DNA from: a virus
Taxonomy: Duplodnaviria > Caudoviricetes
DNA: 64,000 nucleotides
Strand: one strand, 5' to 3'
IMG/VR virus record: IMGVR_UViG_3300025401_000012
Position 1 is the stretch's first letter; the number at the start of each line of letters is the position of its first letter. The notes under the pieces were generated by a model. That model ran no database searches. It had not been told where the DNA came from and saw only the letters and a list, made by a program, of their open reading frames with translations. Below, in pieces: positions 1 through 10,100 of this stretch. The translations under genes and the position numbers were made by a program.

Positions 1-3000
1 ATGGCACTCCAGTTAGTAGTTAAGCCTAACGTGCCCGATGCGGTCCAAGTAACACCGCCATTTGTACTAATAGCTCCTGTGTTTGAACCGTTAGCAACTG
101 CAACCCATGTACCAACTGATCCATTTGCACCGTATGCAACAGCTGACCAAGTTGAACTTGCTGGCAATGCGCCACCTGCGTTCCATCCAGAACCAGTGGT
201 GCTATACATTGTTGATGTTCCAGCATTAGCAATAGCAACAAAGTTACCGCCTGCACCTTGTCCACTGTAGGTAAAGTTATTGATGATTCCACCAACAGTA
301 TTAGTTACTGTGATTGTAATATTATTAGTCGGTGTGGTTCCGCCTAAATTTGCACCTGCAATAGTTAAAGTATTACCAATTGCGTAACCAATACCGCCGG
401 TTGCTAATGTTACTGAATATGCAATACCAGTTCTAGTGATATTAAATTGTGCACCGGTTCCTGAGCCGCCTGTAACACCAATACTTGAATATGTTCCGTT
501 AATATCTCCGTATGCGCAATCTATCCATGTTCCAGATGTCTGAGTACCCAATACACTAGTGAATCCTGGACTTGTAAATGTAACTCTTGGCTCGATAATA
601 TAATTTGTAGTAACATCCAAATTAGCCAACAATGGCCATCCTGTAACTACATGATCCCATCCTGCTGGATACCATGTAATCGATTGACTTGTTGTAGTTG
701 TTACAGCTAGTCCAGCTGTAGCATTCGAAGATGAAGCTGCACTAAACACGGAATTAGTAAACGTAGTCATACCAACTGCTGTTGTTGCAGTTGTTGTAAC
801 ACCAACAGCATAGTATAGTGTGGCTGTATTTAAATTAGTTCCTGTAGTAGCACTTAGATAAAATGGCATACCATTATACATGCCTGCTGTGCTAGAAACT
901 GTTATAGTATTTTGTGTACCCGTAATAGTAGCACTCGCTCTTGTTTGATTTGCGCTTACAATATAGTTTGCTGTAGCTGTAGGTGTTCCTGTAGCAGCTT
1001 GATTCAAACTATAAGTTCCTAATCCGCCTGGAATATAAAAACTAGTTGTACCAGATACGGCACCAACTAATGGCTGACTTAGTGTAACTGTTAATGCATT
1101 AAAATTAATAGCTGTTACAAATGTGTTAGCTGGAAGTCCAGATATTGGAGTAATAAACATTGCAGGAGCAATTGTTCCAATAGATCCAACAGTAAATGAA
1201 CTCAATGTAAGTGTACTTTGCCCACTTGTGCCTGTTATTGTACAAGTTGCTTGCGCGGTAGATCCTGTAGCATTAATTTGTCCAGTAATATAAGTGTAAT
1301 TAGTTACGCTACCACCACTTAGTAATCCACCTGTCATAAGATTACTTGCACTTACTGTTGCTGACAACAATGTGCTTGAAATATTAGTTACAGTACCTGC
1401 TGTAGGTGTTGTACCGCCTGTTACAGTATATGTAATACTAGTTTGGCTAACAATGCTTGTAACAACTACACTAGTTGGGCTACCACCATAAAGAGTACCT
1501 GTACCAGATGTTGCTGTTAAAGGCATACCAACAACGCAACTGCTAGTTGAGCTCATACCTGTAATAGTTGCTGTCCAAGGACCTGCACCAGTAATAGAAC
1601 CGATTGTACCTGTTGTACTTACTACGCTACTTGCCAAACTTGATGTGCCAATTGCACCAGTTGAAGTTGCAGAAATGTATGTACCAGCTGTAATTGTACC
1701 TGAGCTAGTTAAGAACATGCCAGGAGCAAATGCAGAACCAGTAACTGCGCTAATTGGAACAAACACAGCAGGTATATTTGTAATTCCAACAGCTATAATT
1801 ACACCAGTTGCACTAGATGTTGCTGTAGTTGTTGCTGAAATAGGCAATGTAGGAATAGTTTCTTTTGCAATTTGAGCAATTTTACTACCGTTATTATAGT
1901 TAGTGATATAACCAGTTTGTCCGCCGCCGGTACCGCCGATTAATACAATTCTTTCACCTACATATACTCCACTAATGTTTGTGTCAGTTGCAGCAATCGT
2001 AATTTGATATAATGTACCAGCTTGGCCTACGTTACTGATAATAACATAGTTTGCACCGCCAGTTAGATAACGTGTTTCAAATACCGCATTATCACGGAAT
2101 TCATTACCAACTGTTGCCACATTATAACCGCCACTACTTGCAATATTAAATGTTGCTGTATTTGCTGTCTGTCCAGCATTAGTAAATTCTAATCTCCAAA
2201 CTCTATTTACTGCATCGGTTAATACGTTTGCAATAATTGGATATGTATAACGATTGTTAACGGTTGCTGTTACAGGGGTTTCTGTTAGATCGTATCCTTC
2301 TGCAACAACTCCATAACTACCATATGAGCTGTTACCGTTAGTAGCACGAATTTTTGCACCAGCTTCTGCAAGATAACCAATTTGGTTATAGTACGAGAAC
2401 ACAGACACACACTCTGTTAACGCATTAGTTCCATATGCCCACACTCCGATACCGTCACTTAGAACTTGGGTAAAATCATTACAAACTATACTTCTATTAC
2501 CGCCATTGTGTAATGTTCCATCAATTTTTAATCCAACACACCCGGTTCCGAATGTTGTCACGTTTTGTACGTAAGGAGATTTTCTAAAAATCCAAACGCT
2601 TGTATCTTGGGGGCCAACTCCTGGATCTAAACTAGTATAAGCGCCGGCTGTTGGTCGACTTGTACCATAGTTGCTACTATAAGTTGTTCCGCTTAAACTA
2701 GCACCAGTAAATGCAATATAAGTACCAGCTATAGCATTATTATAAGTTGTAGATAACGTTAATGTTGTTGTAGTTAATACACTACCAATATAATAAGTTC
2801 CAGCTGTAAGTCCGCCACCGCCTGTTCCTGCTACAATAAATTGATTTCCGGTTGCCATACCTGTAGTACTTCCTACAGTTATAGTTCCGCCTGTATTTGT
2901 TGTACCATATGTGGCCACTGTAGTAGCAGTAATTGATCCAGTACTAATTGCTACTGGAGTACCAACACTTCCAGTCAATCCGTATAACGTCATATTTCTA

Positions 3001-6000
3001 ACACCAGAACCATTTCTGCAATAGAACATGTTTCCAGTTAAATATCCTGCTGTTAAACTTGTACTTGAAATACTCAAAGAACTAGCAGCACTTAATAATG
3101 CATCTGATCCAGTATTATAAATTGTATAAGTTCCAGCTTTACCTGCATAAAAGAAATATGCAGTAGTAGTATTTCCAGTGAAACTTGTAGTTAGTTCGTT
3201 ACTTAATGTAACAGTAGTACCATTGACAGCTGTAACAAATGTATTAGTAGGTATTCCTGAAATAGTTGCACCATTACCAGATACAAACATACCAACTACA
3301 ACAGATGCATTAGCTGAACTTAATGTAATATTGTACGATCCGCTAGTACCATTGAATGTTTGGCTTGTTGCTGATGATCCTGATGCTCCTGTTAATTGAG
3401 CTGTAATTTGTACAGGGCTTAATATAGCAGAGTTTCCAGTCAAATACATTCCTACAATGATGTTACCAGTTGCTGTAAATGTAGTACTTGTGGGATTACT
3501 ACTTGTTAATGTTATATATGTACCAGCTAGCGCATTTGTATAACTAGTTGCTAGTGTTAATGTTGTAGCCGATAATACTTGTCCAACAAAATATGTTCCT
3601 GCACTAATACCGCCACCGCCTGCGCCAGTAATAACAAATTGATGTCCAGTTAATAGCCCAGTGGTATTTGCTACTGTAAGATAACCGCCTGTTCCTGTTG
3701 ATCCATAAGTGCTAATACTAGTACTTGTAATACTAATATTAGATAAAATATTGGTCATAGCCGACACTGTTAATGTTCCAGCGGAAGTCGAACCAGTAAA
3801 TGGTGCTGTAGTTGAAAGTGGTTGAACAATTACGCCACGCAATTCGTCTCCAACTAATGCTACGTTTTCTGGAACACTAATTGGTAGTACTTCATTGTAA
3901 GTTCCGTTCTTAATAAAGATAGTACTAGTAACTCCGGCATTTGCAGAAGGAATGCTTGCTGTACTTACATTAGTTAGTGCTGTTGTTATAATACTGATTA
4001 AACTAGTAATATTTGCACTTGCTCCAGCTTCTGCAACGTAATTAGTATCAATAGTTTGATTAATTACAGAACCTGCAATAGATCCACCGCTTGAATATGT
4101 TGCTGTAGTTAAACTTGCAACAGTCACACTAGAAGTTGACAAACTAATAACTTTGAATGATCCGTTGAAACCGCTTGGAGATACTCCGCTAATTGTAATA
4201 GTTTCGCCGATTACAAATGGACTATTAGTTTGAGTTGCAAATGTAAATGTAACTAATCCGTTCAATCCAGATGCACCTGTGATAGTCAAAGATGTAACAG
4301 CTCCGCTACCTCCAGTTGTGTTTTGATAGATAGTACCAGGTGCTGTATTTGCAATAACATTAGTAGTTAACAAGTTTGATAATTTGTTTAGAGCAGCAAT
4401 ATAAAATGCTGCTTGTGAAGCTACGTTAGTTGTAATAAATGTCGACGTAGATCCTTGTTGAAAAAATGCCAATGCAGCTGCTACAGTTTGACTGTTGCCG
4501 CCTCTTACTAAATCGTAGATTACAGCGTCAACAATATATCCTGCATCTCGTTGTGTTTTATACTGATCATAACTTGATGAAGGGCTGAATGGAGATATGC
4601 TGTTTGTTTTTTCATAAATCATCCAGTTATACATTTCGGCTATAGCCCAATTTTTATTTTGAGTTAACAAATAGCTAGTGTTAGGATAGTAAGTTCCATT
4701 TAACACTTGTTGACACGCATATTTTATAGTTTTCCAAGGACGATCTAATGTTTGACCGTAATTAGGTGCAGGGCTATCTACACCATTAGTGTTACTAACA
4801 TAGTACACATCACTAATTAAACCAAAATATCCCCAAGATGGAAGACCTCCGGCGCTTACTTTTAAGACTTGCCCAACTGAACCAATTCCTAAACGGGTAG
4901 CACCTGTTGGACCATAGTATGCAATATCTCCCGAAGTAGTTAAAATACTTGTACTTGCACCCGCGGCAATTAAATTCCAATAAGTTCCTGTTAAATCATT
5001 TGGTGGACTGTTTAAAGAAGATGCAGTATGTGCTAAAATACAAACATAACTATTTGGTCCATAAACTGTAATATCACCTGCAACATATGCTGTACTAGTT
5101 ATCCAAGTAGATGAGTATCCAATGAATGAATATGTTGTAATTGCACCGCCAGTAACCGTACCAACTGTAATTGTAATATCATTAAATGGTGATATACCTC
5201 CTACAGATGTTCCTAATATTTTAATAATATCGCCTGCGGTATAGTTAGTACCGTTAGCTGTTTTGTTTAAACTGTATACAGTTCCAGTTGATGTTACTGT
5301 AAACTGTGCGCCTGCTGCTGATCCGTTTGTTACTGTAACATTAGTTGTACTAAGACCTGTATAAGTTGCACCTGGAGCATTGAATCTAACCCCAGTATTT
5401 AAACGACTCCAATATGTTGTATTAGGCGGTTGATTGCCCGAGCTTGGAGTGTGATCTAAAATACATACATATGTATATGCACCGTTACGGACAACATTAC
5501 CTACTCGATATCCAGTCTGGCCTGTTTGTAATCCTGTTGGACTAGTGGTCCAATCGCCTAACAATGTCCAACCGGTAGTGTACAAGAACCAATTATTTGC
5601 TGCCACAGTTCCAAACCCGGTAGCTGCAGACAGCGGGCCATTAGGAATAGTATAAGATACTTGTGTTGTAGTAGGAGTACCAGTTACAACCCATGTTCCG
5701 TTATAGCTAGATGGAACCACGTTAGCTACTGTAATTGTTTGGTTAGCCGTAAACGGAACTGAACCTTGTGTGGCATAAGTTAAAGTTACTGTGTTACCAA
5801 CTGTGCTTGCAGCCGTGATAGTAATTGTATTAGGTGAACTTACATCAGTAGTTGGAACTACTCCTGAATTTTGACTTGCTGCAATATAACTAAAACCGCC
5901 GTAGGTAACCAAATCGCCATTTTGGTATGTTGTGCTACTATTCCAGGTATTGAAATAAGTTAATCCTTCTACAAATTTACTCCAATTAGTTTCGACAAAT

Positions 6001-7058
6001 GTGCTATAACTAGTATGTGGAGTTGTACAAATATAAGTATCCGCACCATAAAGTACTATATCGTTAGCTTTATATCTAACACTACTTGAGCTCCATAAAC
6101 CTAAGTAGTTAAAACCTTTGTGTAAATAATCCCAATAACTTTGATTTGCTTCTAGACCGCTAGTGGCTGAGCTAGCACTAGTATGTGCGGTGTTACATAC
6201 GTATAAATATCCGCCGTATCTTACTACATCATTGACTCGATATGCAGTCGAAGTTAACCAATCTACAGTCCAAGTAAACCCATCAGCAAAAACAGTCCAC
6301 TTACTTTGATCGTTTTCTAAACCTTTAGTACCGTTTGCTGATATTGTTCCTGTTGTTCCTGTATAACTTCCACCCAAAGCATACGTTACGTAAGTAGTTG
6401 TACAAGCTAGTACAGTAAATGTTCCATTAAATTGAGTTGTTGAAAAATTACTAACTGTAAGAGTAGTTCCTGCTGAATACGGCGCAATAGATTGTGTTGA
6501 TGCAAATGTTAATGTAGCAGTCCCGCCTGTTGCTGTTGCAGACGATACAGAAAGTGTCGTAGTTGACGCACTACTTTGATGTCCTGTATTACATATATAA
6601 GTTTCGCCGCCATATTTTACTACATCGTTTGCTTTATATCTATAAAGACTTGCCCAATTACCTAACCAGTTGAAACTAGTAGCATATACGGTCCAGTTAG
6701 ATAAATTTGCTTCGAGACCGGCACTAGTATCTGGACTTTGTCCAGAATTCGCAGAATTGCTACTTGTATGTGCAGTGTTACAAATATATACAATTCCACC
6801 ATATTTTACAATATCGTTTACATTGTAGTATGTATTAATAGTCCAGTTACCAGTCCAAGTTGAACCATCTGAAACCTGATTCCACTTAGTAGGTATTGCT
6901 GATAAATCAGTAACAAAATTAGCCGATGCCGTATGAGCAATAGTGCAAACATAGGTTTTACCACTATTTCTTACTATGTCGTCTTTTACATAAGATGTTC
7001 CTGTAGTCCATGTGCCTTGCCATACGAAGCGCAATCTACCAAGTTTAAATTCTGCCAT
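1..7058 (-). CDS. Giant virion structural/fibre-like protein (>2350 aa, 3' end runs off the window start): N-terminal CBM5/12-like repeats, pectin-lyase-like beta-helix, Asp-box repeats; paralogue of 7106..14095
   Basis: Absent from the ORF track because it has no stop inside the window. ATG at 7058 reads MAEFKLGRLRFVWQGTWTTGTSYVKDDIVRN, preceded by GAGG SD and ATAAATA. Frame spot-checked at ~5410 (YWSRL), ~4085 (YSSGGS), ~2530 (CVGLKID) and the window start (GTLGLTTNWSA); all are in one frame and match the paralogue. Confidence 0.88.
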   Translation of the reverse strand, partial: MAEFKLGRLRFVWQGTWTTGTSYVKDDIVRNSGKTYVCTIAHTASANFVTDLSAIPTKWNQVSDGSTWTGNWTINTYYNVNDIVKYGGIVYICNTAHTSSNSANSGQSPDTSAGLEANLSNWTVYATSFNWLGNWASLYRYKANDVVKYGGETYICNTGHQSSASTTTLSVSSATATGGTATLTFASTQSIAPYSAGTTLTVSNFSTTQFNGTFTVLACTTTYVTYALGGSYTGTTGTISANGTKGLENDQSKWTVFADGFTWTVDWLTSTAYRVNDVVRYGGYLYVCNTAHTSASSATSGLEANQSYWDYLHKGFNYLGLWSSSSVRYKANDIVLYGADTYICTTPHTSYSTFVETNWSKFVEGLTYFNTWNSSTTYQNGDLVTYGGFSYIAASQNSGVVPTTDVSSPNTITITAASTVGNTVTLTYATQGSVPFTANQTITVANVVPSSYNGTWVVTGTPTTTQVSYTIPNGPLSAATGFGTVAANNWFLYTTGWTLLGDWTTSPTGLQTGQTGYRVGNVVRNGAYTYVCILDHTPSSGNQPPNTTYWSRLNTGVRFNAPGATYTGLSTTNVTVTNGSAAGAQFTVTSTGTVYSLNKTANGTNYTAGDIIKILGTSVGGISPFNDITITVGTVTGGAITTYSFIGYSSTWITSTAYVAGDITVYGPNSYVCILAHTASSLNSPPNDLTGTYWNLIAAGASTSILTTSGDIAYYGPTGATRLGIGSVGQVLKVSAGGLPSWGYFGLISDVYYVSNTNGVDSPAPNYGQTLDRPWKTIKYACQQVLNGTYYPNTSYLLTQNKNWAIAEMYNWMIYEKTNSISPFSPSSSYDQYKTQRDAGYIVDAVIYDLVRGGNSQTVAAALAFFQQGSTSTFITTNVASQAAFYIAALNKLSNLLTTNVIANTAPGTIYQNTTGGSGAVTSLTITGASGLNGLVTFTFATQTNSPFVIGETITISGVSPSGFNGSFKVISLSTSSVTVASLTTATYSSGGSIAGSVINQTIDTNYVAEAGASANITSLISIITTALTNVSTASIPSANAGVTSTIFIKNGTYNEVLPISVPENVALVGDELRGVIVQPLSTTAPFTGSTSAGTLTVSAMTNILSNISITSTSISTYGSTGTGGYLTVANTTGLLTGHQFVITGAGGGGISAGTYFVGQVLSATTLTLATSYTNALAGTYITLTSSNPTSTTFTATGNIIVGMYLTGNSAILSPVQITAQLTGASGSSATSQTFNGTSGSYNITLSSANASVVVGMFVSGNGATISGIPTNTFVTAVNGTTVTLSNELTTSFTGNTTTAYFFYAGKAGTYTIYNTGSDALLSAASSLSISSTSLTAGYLTGNMFYCRNGSGVRNMTLYGLTGSVGTPVAISTGSITATTVATYGTTNTGGTITVGSTTGMATGNQFIVAGTGGGGLTAGTYYIGSVLTTTTLTLSTTYNNAIAGTYIAFTGASLSGTTYSSNYGTSRPTAGAYTSLDPGVGPQDTSVWIFRKSPYVQNVTTFGTGCVGLKIDGTLHNGGNRSIVCNDFTQVLSDGIGVWAYGTNALTECVSVFSYYNQIGYLAEAGAKIRATNGNSSYGSYGVVAEGYDLTETPVTATVNNRYTYPIIANVLTDAVNRVWRLEFTNAGQTANTATFNIASSGGYNVATVGNEFRDNAVFETRYLTGGANYVIISNVGQAGTLYQITIAATDTNISGVYVGERIVLIGGTGGGQTGYITNYNNGSKIAQIAKETIPTLPISATTTATSSATGVIIAVGITNIPAVFVPISAVTGSAFAPGMFLTSSGTITAGTYISATSTGAIGTSSLASSVVSTTGTIGSITGAGPWTATITGMSSTSSCVVGMPLTATSGTGTLYGGSPTSVVVTSIVSQTSITYTVTGGTTPTAGTVTNISSTLLSATVSASNLMTGGLLSGGSVTNYTYITGQINATGSTAQATCTITGTSGQSTLTLSSFTVGSIGTIAPAMFITPISGLPANTFVTAINFNALTVTLSQPLVGAVSGTTSFYIPGGLGTYSLNQAATGTPTATANYIVSANQTRASATITGTQNTITVSSTAGMYNGMPFYLSATTGTNLNTATLYYAVGVTTTATTAVGMTTFTNSVFSAASSSNATAGLAVTTTTSQSITWYPAGWDHVVTGWPLLANLDVTTNYIIEPRVTFTSPGFTSVLGTQTSGTWIDCAYGDINGTYSSIGVTGGSGTGAQFNITRTGIAYSVTLATGGIGYAIGNTLTIAGANLGGTTPTNNITITVTNTVGGIINNFTYSGQGAGGNFVAIANAGTSTMYSTTGSGWNAGGALPASSTWSAVAYGANGSVGTWVAVANGSNTGAISTNGGVTWTASGTLGLTTNWSA

Positions 7059-7078
7059 TTTATTTCATTCCTCTGATG

Positions 7079-7085
7079 TATTTAT
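7079..7085 (-). promoter_or_regulatory. T4-type late promoter ATAAATA
   Basis: CATAAATAC upstream of ATG 7058. Confidence 0.75.
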
Positions 7086-7105
7086 GTGAAATGTAAATCA
7101 TGTTT

Positions 7106-10100
7106 TTACAATAATCCACTGTTACTGTTATTAAAGAAAATTTGAGCTATCATACTTCCATCAACGCCCTGACTTCCTGCACCTGCTTGTGGAAAATATG
7201 CTTTATTTGATATTTTCACTGCGGCGCCTGTTGTCGAAAAGATTTCATTTTGTCCGTTTGAAAGACCAACTGCAACTGTACCTGCAGTTAATAGTGATGT
7301 AAATGCATTAGAACCTCCAGCAGCAATGGCTCGTGACATATAAGATTTAATAGCTTTTTGTGTTGGAATAATAGTATCACTGTTTGCTGTAAAGTAACTA
7401 TCTGTTGAAAATTGATTAATAATTACAGCGTTAGTTCCAACACTGAATCCACCAATTGCCAAACTGGTAATACCATTTAAATTAAACAAACTTGCACTAA
7501 TTGTAACTGTACCAGTTGCTTGTTGAACTCCAAACAAATTACCTACTTTAAAATTACCGTCCTGATCAGTACTAACCACAAACACACGCCCGCCACCGTT
7601 GTATTGTATTTGCTGATTTTGTAAAGCAGTACTGATATCAACGTTTGGATAATTTGTTGTTCCAAAATTACCAGTACCAATATATAAAAAGTCATGTCCT
7701 GTCAAACGCACCTGACTGTATTTTACACGAATAGTAACAGATGTGCCATGCGCAGGTTGTAAACTATTATCAAGATTTATACTCAATTGGAATTGATATA
7801 TGTTTGTTGACAATTGTGTAATTAATACTATATTATATTGTACAGCACTTCCTGCAATAACTAAGTTAGCTCCTGGAGTTGGTGCTACAGTTATACCTGA
7901 ACAAATAAGATTTTGGGGTCCTTGTAAAATATCTGCAAACCCATTACCAGATACTGTTACAGTTGTTGTACTAGTTTGATATCCAGTACCTCTGTTTACA
8001 AAGCTAGGATTAGCTAATACACCAGTACCAGTTCTGCATAGAGTTGTTGCAAATGTACCTTGAGTGCCAGTCGCTGTACCAACTACTAGGATTAAATTAT
8101 TTCCGCCACCACCACCTAGACTTGTTCCTGGAATTGTAATAGTATCACCAACAGCATAATTTGAACCAGCTGTAGTTATACTAACAGTTGTGTTAAGACT
8201 AGTATACGTTGTACCTGATCCAGTTTTATTGATAGTGAAAACAGCACCAGAACCAACTCCGCTTGTAGTTAATTGTGTAACATTACTGTATGATCCCGCG
8301 CTTGCAATACTTGTACCACTAACTGTAAATGTTGTAGTACCTTGTGCCAATGTTCCTGATACTACATTAGGGTCGTAAATAGTTAGTGTAGGAGTTGCAA
8401 GATAGCCGCTTCCTGGCTCTTGCATTTTAATAACACCAATTCCGCCAGAACTTATAGTTGCTCGAGCAAATGCTGTTGCTCCTGTTGCTATTGACACAGC
8501 AACACCGACATTGTTACCTGCTACAGTAACCCATGTTGGTGTAATATTTCCAGTAACTGTTGGATTACCAAATACAACGGCATTGTATGCTTGAGTGCTG
8601 CCTGGTAAAGTGCGGACAGTCCAGTTTAGACCGTCTTGGCTTGTCAAACATACTGAACTACTTAATCCTGTTGCTATGAATAATCCTTGACCGTACGATA
8701 CACTAACCCAGTTACCTGCTTGTGGTAATGTGCTTGCATACCATGTAATACCATCTAAACTATATGCGGCTTTCGTTGTTGTAGCAGTTCCTACATTACC
8801 AGCATCAACTGATACAAATCTTCCATTGCCATATGCTACTGAACTCCAATAGGCACTGCTTGGCATGGTAGTACCAACCCAAGTAGCTCCGTTAGTACTG
8901 TATGCTGATATATTTGATGCTAAAATAGAACCGGTTCCTACAGAATAACCTGAAACAGCTACATATACTCCTGGTCCACTACCCCAAGCTACTCCGCTCC
9001 AAGCAGCAGGTCCCACCAAAGAGCCTGCAGGGCTCCAACTACTACCATTTGATGATGTAGCTGTTGTCAACCCATAAGTTGCTATTGCTAAAAATTGTCC
9101 TGCTATTGAATTATATGTAACTGCTGACCAGCTTGCACTTGTTGGCATAGATGAAGAACCATAAGTTCCACTTGAATAATATGCTGCAGATGTAGTTGTT
9201 CCAACAAATACAAATATATTATTACCGTATGCACATGCTGTCCATGTTCCAGCAGATAATGCTGTACTTGATGTCCAAGAAGTACCATTAGTAGATGTAG
9301 CTGTTAGTCCGGCATTATCTAATGCAAAATATAAATTATTACCGTATGCTACACTTATCCAATTATTAACTGCAATAGTCCTTGCAGTAGCTGTGAATCC
9401 TGGACTACTAAATGTTAAACGAGGTTCAATTTGATACTGTGTAGTAGTATCTAAAGTAGATACAATTGGAGTACCGGCTATAATATGATCCCATCCGTTT
9501 TGATTTGTGCTTTCTGTATAGATAGTTGCTAGTTTAGTTGATGCATTGTAGGCTTGGATATATCCATATTGACCAACACCTGTACCACTTATAATTACTA
9601 GACGCAATCCTACATAGTTAAGCGCAGTATTAGTATCACTGGTTGCAAGATAGATACTAGTAGTATTACCACCACTTGATTGATTACCTGCTGTAAGATA
9701 ACCACTTCCTCCAAGTCCAAGACTTGATCCAGTTAAGTGTGTTTCAAAAATACCATAGTCTCTAAATTCATCGGCAATTACACTTGCATATAAACCTGCG
9801 CCAGCAAATGTATAAGTTGCAGAACTATAATTTTGTCCGCAGTTACTAAATTCTAATTTTAAAATTTTATTTTGTGCTTGCCCAGCAAATGCAGAATATA
9901 CCTGAGCTTGGAAGAATCGATTATTAACAGAAGCCGAAATTGGAACTTCTGTAATATCAAATGTTTCAGCAACTACTCCGTATTTTCCATAAGAACTATT
10001 TCCGTTAGTAGCACGAATTTTCCCGCCAAGTTCTGCAAGATAACCTGCATGACAATAGTAAGAGAACACTGATACTAATTCAGTTAATGATCCTGGGCCA

